9,154 nt of DNA from a virus (IMGVR_UViG_2563366805_000011), one strand, 5' to 3'; positions 1 to 7,645 are shown, numbered from the stretch's first letter. Numbers and translations: made by a program. Notes: generated from the sequence alone by a model not told the origin.

Positions 1-1236
1 CTACGATAACCGCGCATTCAACATGGCTATCTGTTCGTCGTTCATGTCATCAATCCACATACCGTAAATTTCATACACCATCTGCGCAGTTTCATGCCCC
101 ATTTGGCTGGCTATAAATGCCGGGTTCGCTCCTGCCGTCAACAGCCAGCAGGCAAAAGTATGCCGCGTATGGTACGGATTACGGCGGCGAATACCAGCAC
201 GTTTTACTGCTGCATTCCACCTTGCCCCCAAACTGCTTACCGAGTAATAAGGTTTTTGTTTTCCGTTACACACCCTGGGCATGAAAACAAAATGCAGTTT
301 TTGCTTTTCGGTTCTGCCGTACTCCCGATGATAAAAGGTGATTTCGCTTTTGCGATGATGCCCGGTCAGTTTGTATTGCTCCTTCAGTGCTTCAAGAGCA
401 GGCTGCAGTAGTGTTACTGTTCGGATCCCGGCATTTGTTTTTGGGGGACCGAACATATCAAGTATCGTCAGGTTTCTTCTGACATTCACTATTCCCTTTT
501 CGAGATCCACATCCTCCCACGCCAGAGCTGCCAGTTCCCCGTGACGAAGTCCTGAGTAAACGGCAAATTTCCACAAGTTCTGGCTCTGTCCTTTTTCACT
601 TTCCATTAATGCATTGAATTCTGTTTTAGATAACGGATCAGGCTTTATTCTGTTTCGCTGTAATTTTTTTACTCCTTCAAATGGTTTGGTTGATATAAAT
701 CCCGACTGATACGCAAAACGCAACAGCGAACAGAGCAGGGCGATATAGTTATCAACTGTGCGCACGGTTCTTCCTTTTTTGTTGGATCTTGGATTATCCA
801 GGTAAAGCGTTTCTCCATGCAGCAGTTCATTCCGGTAGTTTAAGATATCGCTATAACGAATATGTGATATCGGGGTACTTTCACAAATTATTATTCTGAG
901 TGTTTTTAATTGTGATTTCGTTTTCTTCATTGTGTTTGTTGTTAACTCTGTCTCTTTAATTTTTGTCCAGATATCACAAAGCTCTCCGAACGTTTTTATG
1001 ACTCTCGTTGTCACCATTTTTGCCCCAGTGCTGGACTGGGGAAAACGTCTTAAATACTCAAATTCACCGGAGTTTATTTCATGAACTATCAGCGCTCTTA
1101 AATTTCCGGCCTTTTTAATATTACTGTTTGTAATCTCCCAGCCTTTTAATGTTTCCCGACATCGTTTTCCTCGAAACATGAACCAGATGCGAATGTATCT
1201 ACCTCTAATCTCGACACCTGTTGGTAATTTAGACAT
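1..1236 (-). CDS. intR: Phage tyrosine integrase (Rac prophage IntR), 411 aa
   Basis: Minus-strand ORF from ATG (1236..1234) to TAG (3..1); the window begins exactly at its stop codon. Translation carries the tyrosine-recombinase catalytic signature (LRHGEL ... HTRHTFA ... C-terminal YEIYG). It lies 1 nt downstream of an excisionase-like ORF. Length and sequence match Rac IntR as I recall it. Confidence 0.95.
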   Translation of the reverse strand: MSKLPTGVEIRGRYIRIWFMFRGKRCRETLKGWEITNSNIKKAGNLRALIVHEINSGEFEYLRRFPQSSTGAKMVTTRVIKTFGELCDIWTKIKETELTTNTMKKTKSQLKTLRIIICESTPISHIRYSDILNYRNELLHGETLYLDNPRSNKKGRTVRTVDNYIALLCSLLRFAYQSGFISTKPFEGVKKLQRNRIKPDPLSKTEFNALMESEKGQSQNLWKFAVYSGLRHGELAALAWEDVDLEKGIVNVRRNLTILDMFGPPKTNAGIRTVTLLQPALEALKEQYKLTGHHRKSEITFYHREYGRTEKQKLHFVFMPRVCNGKQKPYYSVSSLGARWNAAVKRAGIRRRNPYHTRHTFACWLLTAGANPAFIASQMGHETAQMVYEIYGMWIDDMNDEQIAMLNARLS

Positions 1237-1237
1237 A

Positions 1238-1453
1238 TCATGAGTCTTTGATAAACTGATTTATCTTTGGATAGTTGTACCAGATAATCCCTCGTTTGCT
1301 GTCTGGCTTACCTAAAGGAGATACTCGTTTGAAGTGGAAGCCCTCCACCCAACAGTTCTGGCGGTATGCTTCAATTTGTCTGGCCCCCAGACCAGTGCGA
1401 AGCATCAGGCCGTATTCAACCATCCACTCTTCATTAAAGATTACTTGTGCCAT
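1238..1453 (-). CDS. ydaQ: Excisionase-like protein (Rac XisR/YdaQ), 71 aa
   Basis: Minus-strand ORF; TGA stop (1240..1238) is 1 nt from the intR ATG. The ORF track extends to a TTG at 1477, but ATG 1453..1451 preceded by GAGG (7-nt spacer) gives 71 aa ([15 protein letters not shown]...), the length I recall for YdaQ. Small basic protein directly upstream of the integrase. Confidence 0.85.
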   Translation of the reverse strand: MAQVIFNEEWMVEYGLMLRTGLGARQIEAYRQNCWVEGFHFKRVSPLGKPDSKRGIIWYNYPKINQFIKDS

Positions 1454-1531
1454 CGCATCACCTCTGGCAGGCGCCAATGTTAGACTGAAATTGACGCCCG
1501 ATGTTGATTATTAATAATCAGCTATGAAGTT

Positions 1532-1741
1532 TTAATTTGAATACAATGCAATTCTCGAGGACTGAAGTTTCTCGCAATTAAAATTTATCAATTTTACTTT
1601 CTGCTCTCTGGAAACGCCTGCTTCTTTTTTACCTGAGAGCATTTTTTCGCATTCTGATTTCGTTAGTTTAGATTTTGAATATCTTGTCCAGTTAGTAGGA
1701 GTGCCACCTTCCTTTTCAATAGTGGCGGTAATTTTATACAT
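1532..1741 (-). CDS. ydaC: Rac prophage protein YdaC, 69 aa, function unknown
   Basis: Minus-strand; the ORF track gives 93 aa from a GTG at 1813, but ATG 1741..1739 preceded by GGAGGTG (5-nt spacer) gives 69 aa (MYKITATIEKEGG...), matching recalled YdaC length. TAA at 1534..1532. Confidence 0.8.
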   Translation of the reverse strand: MYKITATIEKEGGTPTNWTRYSKSKLTKSECEKMLSGKKEAGVSREQKVKLINFNCEKLQSSRIALYSN

Positions 1742-1928
1742 GAACACCTCCATTATTATTTCCAGTGGTTCGTTTATTCCATCTTTCGAGTGCTTCTTTT
1801 TCACTTCCACCATAACCGGTTCGGGATTCGCATCCGTTACACTTCGCTCGGTAATATCCTGAAATGGCTTTCACCGTTACTGATGGACAACCACAAAATG
1901 GACATGGTTTAACATTGTCATATCTCAT
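1734..1928 (-). CDS. ralR: RalR/Lar restriction-alleviation protein; DNase toxin of the RalR/RalA type I toxin-antitoxin pair, 64 aa
   Basis: Minus-strand; ATG 1928..1926 gives 64 aa (MRYDNVKPCPFCGCPSVTVKAISGYYRAKCNGCE...) with CPFCGC and CNGC cysteine motifs, matching recalled RalR. TAA (1736..1734) lies 2 nt before the ydaC start. The track's 77-aa version starts at an upstream in-frame ATG (1967). Confidence 0.85.
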   Translation of the reverse strand: MRYDNVKPCPFCGCPSVTVKAISGYYRAKCNGCESRTGYGGSEKEALERWNKRTTGNNNGGVHV

Positions 1929-1940
1929 AATTTTTCTCAT

Positions 1941-1976
1941 AAAAAATATTTCAAGTTGGCGGTGCATTACACCGCC
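1941..1976 (-). terminator. Hairpin between recT and ralR, weak terminator/attenuator candidate
   Basis: 7-bp GC-rich stem GGCGGTG (1958..1964) / CACCGCC (1970..1976) with loop CATTA. On the minus strand a U-run (plus-strand A-run 1941..1946) follows 11 nt after the stem, which is non-canonical spacing. Confidence 0.25.
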
Positions 1977-1984
1977 AGGCTGAA

Positions 1985-2794
1985 TTATTCCTCTGAATTA
2001 TCGATTACACTGTATTCCCCGGTTAATACAGAGGAATCTGCAGGATCGATTGTCAGTGGTTCCTTTTCATCCATTGATACTGCACGCTGGATCTCAATTG
2101 ATACGGGCAGATATTTGAACAGGCGACGAATAGCCGTTTTCTTTGCCATTTCTTCCCAGTGAGTTACCCACGGCCCGTTATTACCAGCTTTACTCAGGCT
2201 GCGCACCAGCTCAATCTGTTTGCGCGTCATAACTTCAAACTGAGTACCTCCGTCTTTCAGTCTTGCGACAGCATAGACGTGGGTAACCGGGGCATCTTCG
2301 TTTTCTCCCGGGCGGTGTATTAACTTTTCATCAAGGCCAAATTCGAAGCTAAACTCGTCACCTTCACGGACAACACGGGCTGACAGGCTGGCGATTTGAC
2401 CAGAACGGCGAGCCAGATCAATCATGCCGCGATAGCCAATGATTAGCTGAACGTTCTTTTTACCGCTCTTTTCGTTTTTATTACCAAAAGGCAGTAAATA
2501 TGCATGACCGAGGGCGCTACCTGGCTCAAGTCCGAGCTGTGAACACTGTACGATCGCACTGACAAAACTCATAGTGTCACAGTTTCCTAACGCCGGAACT
2601 TTACGAATTTCTGTGGTGGCGATACGGATCATACGTTCAGCCGTCATATGGCGTGGAAGAGCTGCTGCCAGTTGCTCTTTCATTGATGGCTGGTTAATAA
2701 AACTAATCACGTCGCTATTTTTAACTGCTGCTGGTGCACGGTTTCCCTGAGTTTTTTGCAGATCGGCTTTTGCGATTGGTGGTTGCTTAGTCAT
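1985..2794 (-). CDS. recT: RecT single-strand annealing recombinase, 269 aa
   Basis: Minus-strand; ATG 2794..2792 with AAGGA 8 nt upstream gives 269 aa ([13 protein letters not shown]...), the RecT length I recall. The start is 2 nt downstream of the recE stop. The track's 288-aa version begins at a GTG inside recE. TAA at 1987..1985. Confidence 0.95.
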   Translation of the reverse strand: MTKQPPIAKADLQKTQGNRAPAAVKNSDVISFINQPSMKEQLAAALPRHMTAERMIRIATTEIRKVPALGNCDTMSFVSAIVQCSQLGLEPGSALGHAYLLPFGNKNEKSGKKNVQLIIGYRGMIDLARRSGQIASLSARVVREGDEFSFEFGLDEKLIHRPGENEDAPVTHVYAVARLKDGGTQFEVMTRKQIELVRSLSKAGNNGPWVTHWEEMAKKTAIRRLFKYLPVSIEIQRAVSMDEKEPLTIDPADSSVLTGEYSVIDNSEE

Positions 2795-5387
2795 TTGCAT
2801 ATTCCTTAGCCCAGCGGGGCAGTGATAATGTCTTAATAGCTGGCCATTCATCGGTATTCAGGCAGTCAGACAGGGTTCGCAGATTGCGGTGATATTCCTG
2901 TTGACCTGCCAGTTTTGCTTCTTCGCCCATCATGAAAATTTCAACCGGATAACGTCCGCATTCAATAGTTGTGCTGGCAACCAGAAAAACGAAAGTTGGC
3001 TGCACTCCAAACTGTGCTTCATAACCGTCACTGTAGAATGCATCCTGAACGTGATAGCGGTAGTCGTAATAAGCGGTTTTGAATCGTTGAATATCCGCCG
3101 TAGTTTTCACGTCCATGATCCAGTGAAATTCAGGGATAATTTTGTCCGGACGGCACCGACACAAAATTCCTGTTTCAGGATCTTCCCAGTAAATTGATGA
3201 TTCAGCGTGTCCGGCGCTTTCAACAAGCCATTGCCCCAGCGGCAAAGCCATAACGCTTTGATACATGAGTTCAATTTTCCGGCCTTCTTCCGCAGTGATA
3301 ACCGTTTTTCCTGTGCTTGCGCATTCCATCAGAAACGCTTTCTCTTCTTCTTTTCCGGCGTTTGTACGGCGGTTAAATTCAGGTGCTACGATAAAGCGGT
3401 TACTGAATTCTTCCGGTTCAAGTACCCGGCAGTGGAAAGCAGTTCCTAAATCGAGCGTTTTTGTCTTTGTGGTGTCCACGGGGGCATTTTTACGCCACAA
3501 ATATAGTGCCGGAGTATCAGCAATGTCATCGAGCTGAGACTTACTGATACCGGGACCCGCGTGGTAATTCTCATTCGAAATTCCGTAATAAATACCTGGC
3601 TCTATGTCTTCTACGATTACGGGATCTGCGACTTCGCCAGTTTCATCACTGCAATCGCGATGCGGATCGCTGCCAGCATTCTCATTGTGCGGATGTTCAG
3701 CGCCTTCCATTTCCTCCGGATCATTTTCCTTAGCTTCAACCTGACTCTCTTCATCGAATGTTTCCTGGTATGTTGCGTCGCCCATCACCGCACCACAGTC
3801 AGGGCAGTTATCCCCGCCAGTCTGGCCGCAGGCATTGCAGGCTATTTCCGGTTCCTGTTGCACTACTGGCTCAGGTTGATTCATATCTGGGCTGGTTTTT
3901 TCCGTTTCTGGCTGGTTCTGGTACACACAATCGCGAGTCTGGATCCCCTTTACCCATTTCGGATCGTTCGGGTCGCTAATTCCGTCAACAAATTCACCAC
4001 GTGATGCAGCAAGCAATTTATCGTCATCGACAGGATTTTTTGATGGAATGTTTTTCCGGGCTTCATGGAGTTCTGCCCGCAGTTCCTGATATTTCGCATC
4101 AACAGAATTTACCTGTGACTGAGCATCCAGCGGCTGCGTGTCCTGATGATGTTCAGTTGCGTCCGGTTCCATTGTTTCAGCCTCTCCCTGTTCAACTGCC
4201 GTTGTTCCAGATGGTTGCGGTTTTTCTTCATCATCCTGTTTTCCTTCTTCTGTTACTCGCTGCGGCATCGGGGCAGAGGAGCGACCGCAGGCAATATCCA
4301 CGATTTCCGGATCAGGGTTGGCATGATCGGTTTCAGTCAGTACTTTGTTCAGATATTCAGTGACGTGCGCGGGGATGACCTCGATCCCAATTGGTGCTTC
4401 TTTTACGGACGCAACCACGATGGCGCGGGAATAATCCAGCCCGCCAGGCATGGTGATGAATTTGTCGCGGAAAACAGAAAAGGGCGGTTTATTTTCAGCG
4501 ATAATTTCCTCAATGCGTTTAGCGTGTGCCGGATGAAGGTTATAGATGTCCAGATCCATTGAACGGGCCAGTACGCCAGTGGCTACGTCGCGCGCCAGTG
4601 ACGTCAGATCGTGTACGAAACCTTCGCCGCGATCGGTGAGGTTTCCGCCGCCAGCATTAGCACCGGAAGCCGTGCGAGTGATGTGTGAAACACGATTACC
4701 CTTCATCCACTCTTTTGTCAGCAGTCCTCGATCGGTGTAGTCAGCGTTCAGGTATGCTTCGAAAAAAGCAGTTATCAGTCCCAGGTTTGAATTACCAGGA
4801 TTAGGGAAAACTTTGTCAGTGTCACGAACCAGTTTGTGGAGTTCGCGAATTTCCAGCGGGTCGAGCAGGCTGGTTTTGTGGGAAACAGCCAGGGCAGTAA
4901 CAGCCGGTAGTTCTTCAGCCCGAGCAATGTGTAATGCCTGGAGTCCGTCGCGTGAAACGTGCGTTACCGGTTTTTCGCTGCCGTGTTGAGCAAGCCAACG
5001 AATGGGCAGTTCCTGGCCAGAAATTGGGAGTAGCATATTCTCCTCAATCTCAGTCATGTCTTCGCCGTTGACGTTGGTATTGCCTTGATAGTGAGCGTTG
5101 TCTGGTGCTGCTCCCGGTTTTAGTTCCCATGTCATGGAGTCTTTGCTGAGTTGATAGCGTTCACTCCAGGTAAAATCGATCTCACCTTCAGCGGGCAGGT
5201 CATTAACGACAGGAAAATTCGTGGCAACAGCTTTAAAATAGCTGCTCAGTTTTTTACCTGACTTAACGATCAGGTAGTCCAGAGTGGCACAGGTCGATTC
5301 AAAATCGTTGCTTGCCCACAGGACGACGTCAGGTTCACTGGATGATTTTTTCGCTTTCCGTAACAGGAAGAGTGGTTTTGTGCTCAT
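2787..5387 (-). CDS. recE: RecE exodeoxyribonuclease VIII (5'-3' dsDNA exonuclease), 866 aa
   Basis: Minus-strand 866-aa ORF, ATG 5387..5385, TAA 2789..2787. Same length as Rac RecE as I recall. The C-terminal third (from about residue 590, ...[18 protein letters not shown]...) is the nuclease domain region; the N-terminal two thirds contain an acidic low-complexity segment and a CxxC-x7-CxxC motif. Paired with recT immediately downstream. Confidence 0.95.
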   Translation of the reverse strand: MSTKPLFLLRKAKKSSSEPDVVLWASNDFESTCATLDYLIVKSGKKLSSYFKAVATNFPVVNDLPAEGEIDFTWSERYQLSKDSMTWELKPGAAPDNAHYQGNTNVNGEDMTEIEENMLLPISGQELPIRWLAQHGSEKPVTHVSRDGLQALHIARAEELPAVTALAVSHKTSLLDPLEIRELHKLVRDTDKVFPNPGNSNLGLITAFFEAYLNADYTDRGLLTKEWMKGNRVSHITRTASGANAGGGNLTDRGEGFVHDLTSLARDVATGVLARSMDLDIYNLHPAHAKRIEEIIAENKPPFSVFRDKFITMPGGLDYSRAIVVASVKEAPIGIEVIPAHVTEYLNKVLTETDHANPDPEIVDIACGRSSAPMPQRVTEEGKQDDEEKPQPSGTTAVEQGEAETMEPDATEHHQDTQPLDAQSQVNSVDAKYQELRAELHEARKNIPSKNPVDDDKLLAASRGEFVDGISDPNDPKWVKGIQTRDCVYQNQPETEKTSPDMNQPEPVVQQEPEIACNACGQTGGDNCPDCGAVMGDATYQETFDEESQVEAKENDPEEMEGAEHPHNENAGSDPHRDCSDETGEVADPVIVEDIEPGIYYGISNENYHAGPGISKSQLDDIADTPALYLWRKNAPVDTTKTKTLDLGTAFHCRVLEPEEFSNRFIVAPEFNRRTNAGKEEEKAFLMECASTGKTVITAEEGRKIELMYQSVMALPLGQWLVESAGHAESSIYWEDPETGILCRCRPDKIIPEFHWIMDVKTTADIQRFKTAYYDYRYHVQDAFYSDGYEAQFGVQPTFVFLVASTTIECGRYPVEIFMMGEEAKLAGQQEYHRNLRTLSDCLNTDEWPAIKTLSLPRWAKEYAND

Positions 5388-5459
5388 TGTTTTTTAACCT
5401 CAACTCAGATTAAAATTCGTTTTGTTCAGTGAATGATCTTGCCGGATACACACTGTTCA

Positions 5460-5490
5460 TAGCCTGCGCCATACGCAGGCTATTTCTTTC
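5460..5490 (+). terminator. Intrinsic-terminator-like hairpin in the racC-recE intergenic region
   Basis: Perfect 9-bp stem TAGCCTGCG (5460..5468) / CGCAGGCTA (5474..5482) with loop CCATA, followed on the plus strand by TTTCTTTC (5483..5490). On the minus (gene) strand the same stem lies just after the racC stop but has no U-tract. Confidence 0.35.
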
Positions 5491-5764
5491 AGATTTCACC
5501 TTTTAATTTCATTGCAATTAGAGTTGCCAGAAATTCGGCTTTTTTTTCTGCGGGCAGATTCTTTCCGATATGCACCAGGCACATTTTTTTGACACCTTCA
5601 TCAAGTGTTTTTACGTTGCCTGATGGACTATCGATATCAACCACAGTGAATGGGGTTTCTTTATTTTCTGTTTTAATTACGTAGCCAATGCGCTTTCCTT
5701 CCAGATTCACCTCGTGAACAATGTCATCGGTAGTTACAACAGTGGCTTCATAATTGGTAATCAT
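5489..5764 (-). CDS. racC: Rac prophage protein RacC, 91 aa, function unknown
   Basis: Minus-strand; ATG 5764..5762 preceded by AAGGAG (6-nt spacer) gives 91 aa (MITNYEATVVTTDDIVHEVN...), matching recalled RacC length. The track's 107-aa version starts further upstream. TGA at 5491..5489. Confidence 0.85.
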   Translation of the reverse strand: MITNYEATVVTTDDIVHEVNLEGKRIGYVIKTENKETPFTVVDIDSPSGNVKTLDEGVKKMCLVHIGKNLPAEKKAEFLATLIAMKLKGEI

Positions 5765-5838
5765 GTTTTTCTCCTTAATTAAGGTTGAGCGAATACCTGC
5801 CATTTCTGGCATAAATTCAGTTTCGAATAGTCAATTAA

Positions 5839-6009
5839 TTAAAGTTCATGTGCCATCTGGTCTTTTTCGGCACAAGCTTCACTGCAATATTTTCTCGGTT
5901 CGTCTTTTGATAAAATCCCGTGCATGAAGTGAAGCATTCTTTCAATAGCTTTGCTTTCTTCAACGTCTTTTTTGCAAAGGTGGTAAGCACATTTTATTTT
6001 CTTAGTCAT
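5839..6009 (-). CDS. ydaE: Small Cys/His-rich protein YdaE, 56 aa, probable metal-binding
   Basis: Absent from the ORF track (too short). I translated it by hand: minus-strand ATG 6009..6007 overlaps the kilR stop (ATGA), with GGAG 8 nt upstream, giving [56 protein letters not shown] and TAA at 5841..5839. Length and position match recalled Rac YdaE. Confidence 0.75.
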   Translation of the reverse strand: MTKKIKCAYHLCKKDVEESKAIERMLHFMHGILSKDEPRKYCSEACAEKDQMAHEL

Positions 6010-6230
6010 CACCATGACTCCGCCTTTACAGGTAAACCATCACGACCGAGGAAGACTTTAATCATGCGGTCAGTAATGCATGTTTTTGTGGTCAGGTTAC
6101 GAATATATAGTTTTCGCTTTTTAATATTGTTTGCCGAGGCAATATATGTCCGGCCTTCATGAAGAACATAATCGCCAGGAGTCACACACTGACGTGGTAT
6201 TTCATCAGTTCCGAAGTGATGTGCAATCAT
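6009..6230 (-). CDS. kilR: KilR, prophage-encoded cell-division inhibitor (host killing), 73 aa
   Basis: Minus-strand; ATG 6230..6228 with GGAG 6 nt upstream gives 73 aa ([30 protein letters not shown]...), matching recalled KilR. The track's 77-aa version starts at an ATG that overlaps the SD. TGA at 6011..6009 overlaps the ydaE start. Confidence 0.85.
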   Translation of the reverse strand: MIAHHFGTDEIPRQCVTPGDYVLHEGRTYIASANNIKKRKLYIRNLTTKTCITDRMIKVFLGRDGLPVKAESW

Positions 6231-6671
6231 AATTATCTCCATTTTTACAAATGAACTTTGTTGATGCGGTGCCTGGTGCCTCCAGGTGACTGCAACCAGT
6301 TAACAATTACAGTCGGCTTTCCCACCCAAACCAATAAGGACTAACATGACTTTTAACTGTGCCACGTGCGCTTAGCCGCATTCACCGCATCACAAAATTC
6401 ACTTTAAAAAGGGCGGACATCAGCCGAACTTCAAGAAAAAAACTGATGCCGCCAGGACTACACACAGCAATGTCGTTATTTACAACCGGAGGCGCACTCC
6501 CACCATTTAAATTTAACAGACAAGACCGACTCTTTATGGATATCGGAAATGCGCCTTCGTGTTGTGCCCGGTTTTATTTCACCACCTCCGGGCTTCGGTG
6601 GTCTCGGCTATACCCCTACAGCGAGAGCTTGTGTTAACATTTCAATACCCTTACAGTTGAGAGTTATTGAT

Positions 6672-7160
6672 ATGTTGGATGTATTTACTCCATTGTTGAA
6701 ACTTTTTGCTAACGAGCCACTCGAAAGACTTATGTATACGATTATCATTTTTGGTCTCACTCTCTGGCTGATACCGAAAGAGTTTACTGTCGCATTCAAT
6801 GCTTATACTGAAATACCTTGGCTCTTTCAGATTATCGTTTTTGCCTTTTCTTTCGTGGTCGCCATTTCCTTCTCAAGATTGCGAGCACATATTCAAAAGC
6901 ATTATTCATTACTACCAGAGCAACGAGTATTGCTTCGTTTATCTGAGAAAGAAATCGCTGTATTTAAAGATTTCCTTAAAACAGGAAATCTTATTATCAC
7001 TTCTCCTTGCCGTAACCCGGTTATGAAAAAATTAGAACGGAAGGGCATCATTCAACATCAGAGTGATAGCGCAAACTGTTCTTATTATCTCGTCACCGAA
7101 AAATACTCCCATTTTATGAAGTTATTCTGGAACAGCAGGAGTAGACGTTTTAATCGTTAG
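6672..7160 (+). CDS. sieB: SieB superinfection exclusion protein (membrane), 162 aa
   Basis: Plus-strand; ATG 6672 with GAGAG 8 nt upstream gives 162 aa, matching recalled Rac SieB. Two strongly hydrophobic N-terminal segments (YTIIIFGLTLWLIP, WLFQIIVFAFSFVVAISF) indicate a membrane protein. The track's 203-aa version adds a Pro/Gly/Arg-rich extension from ATG 6549 that I consider unlikely. TAG at 7158..7160. Confidence 0.85.
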   Translation: MLDVFTPLLKLFANEPLERLMYTIIIFGLTLWLIPKEFTVAFNAYTEIPWLFQIIVFAFSFVVAISFSRLRAHIQKHYSLLPEQRVLLRLSEKEIAVFKDFLKTGNLIITSPCRNPVMKKLERKGIIQHQSDSANCSYYLVTEKYSHFMKLFWNSRSRRFNR

Positions 7161-7322
7161 CTTACTGTGTGCTTCTCCAACCATCGGCGCGCACCAGTTT
7201 CGGTTTTAAATGTTTTGCTTTTGGTATACGTCATGGCAGTGAACGTTCCATCCTGGTTGGGGAACACGCCGCACACCAGGGATTCGTTGTTGCCGAGGTC
7301 GATTTTTTGCATTTTGCGAATC

Positions 7323-7457
7323 TCACATCTTGTTGCTACGTATAGCGACTTCTGCCTGCCAGAGATCCCAGTCGTTGCTGCGTAAAGCCTGCACAGCCTG
7401 GTTGTAAGTGATACCGCAACAATCCATCAAATACTGAACTACTTCGTAATGCACCAT
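7323..7457 (-). CDS. ydaG: Small protein YdaG, 44 aa, function unknown
   Basis: Absent from the ORF track. I translated it by hand: minus-strand ATG 7457..7455 preceded by a strong SD (AAGGGGAGAG, about 5-nt spacer) gives MVHYEVVQYLMDCCGITYNQAVQALRSNDWDLWQAEVAIRSNKM, with TGA at 7325..7323. The 44-aa length matches recalled YdaG. The name is assigned by size and position and could be swapped with ydaF. Confidence 0.7.
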   Translation of the reverse strand: MVHYEVVQYLMDCCGITYNQAVQALRSNDWDLWQAEVAIRSNKM

Positions 7458-7489
7458 CTTATCTCTCCCCTTAACGCCGGGTGGCGGAA

Positions 7490-7645
7490 CTAACTGCTGC
7501 ACTGCAAAATTTGAATCCCGCCGTCATGTTCATACGCCTCGGGCTGGCTACTTAACCCCTTACCACTGCCTGGTAACTCGAAGTATTGCCCTGCGTTCTG
7601 TGGGGCGGGGTGGGTTGGTAGGTATATAATGTACTTTGTGTTCAT
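7490..7645 (-). CDS. ydaF: Small hypothetical protein (YdaF-like), 51 aa; doubtful
   Basis: Minus-strand ORF with tandem ATGs at 7648..7646 and 7645..7643 (MMNTKYIIYLPTHPAPQNAGQYFELPG...); 51 aa from the second ATG matches recalled YdaF length. There is no recognisable SD, and the start lies inside the operator/promoter-like cluster (7626..7670). The track's 72-aa version starts at a GTG. Confidence 0.45.
   Translation of the reverse strand: MNTKYIIYLPTHPAPQNAGQYFELPGSGKGLSSQPEAYEHDGGIQILQCSS

Noticed and set aside
94-411. Plus-strand 105-aa ORF
   Set aside because: Entirely antisense to the integrase gene; no SD; Cys/Arg-rich product with no recognisable features.
1275-1514. Plus-strand 79-aa ORF
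   Set aside because: Antisense to the excisionase gene ydaQ; no SD; not credible as a gene.
1956-2162. Plus-strand 68-aa ORF
   Set aside because: Antisense to the 3' end of recT; its start region coincides with the recT-ralR hairpin; no SD.
2889-4740. Eight plus-strand ORFs in the track (2889..3197, 3207..3449, 3265..3537, 3561..4004, 3758..3979, 4001..4363, 4146..4562, 4546..4740)
   Set aside because: All lie antisense within the 866-aa recE gene, mutually overlap in different frames, lack SD sequences and have low-complexity, Arg/Ser/Phe-rich products typical of antisense translation of an acidic coding region.
5920-6162. Plus-strand 80-aa ORF
   Set aside because: Antisense to ydaE and kilR, which are well supported by SD sequences and matching protein lengths.
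6346-6375. 9-codon micro-ORF (MTFNCATCA) with an AAGGA SD in the kilR-sieB gap
   Set aside because: Too short to assess and it lies on the strand opposite to early-left transcription; noted only as a possible leader peptide. No supporting evidence.
6359-6637. Plus-strand 92-aa ORF in the kilR-sieB gap
   Set aside because: GTG start without SD, Arg/Ser/Thr/Pro-rich product, and it overlaps the region that must hold the sieB promoter. The gap is treated as non-coding (see findings).
6549-6671. 41-codon N-terminal extension of sieB (track ORF 6549..7160)
   Set aside because: Pro/Gly/Arg-rich and atypical; the internal ATG at 6672 has an SD and gives the 162-aa length I recall for SieB.
6608-7026. 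Minus 63-aa (6608..6799) and plus 75-aa (6799..7026) ORFs
   Set aside because: Both overlap sieB in other frames or on the other strand; no SD; alternative-frame artefacts.
7167-7385. Plus-strand 72-aa ORF
   Set aside because: Antisense to ydaG and within the convergent sieB/ydaG terminator region; no SD.
7625-7630. Perfect TATAAT on the plus strand
   Set aside because: No acceptable -35 element 16-18 bp upstream on the plus strand; the hexamer overlaps the candidate leftward promoter and operator and is more simply explained as part of those.
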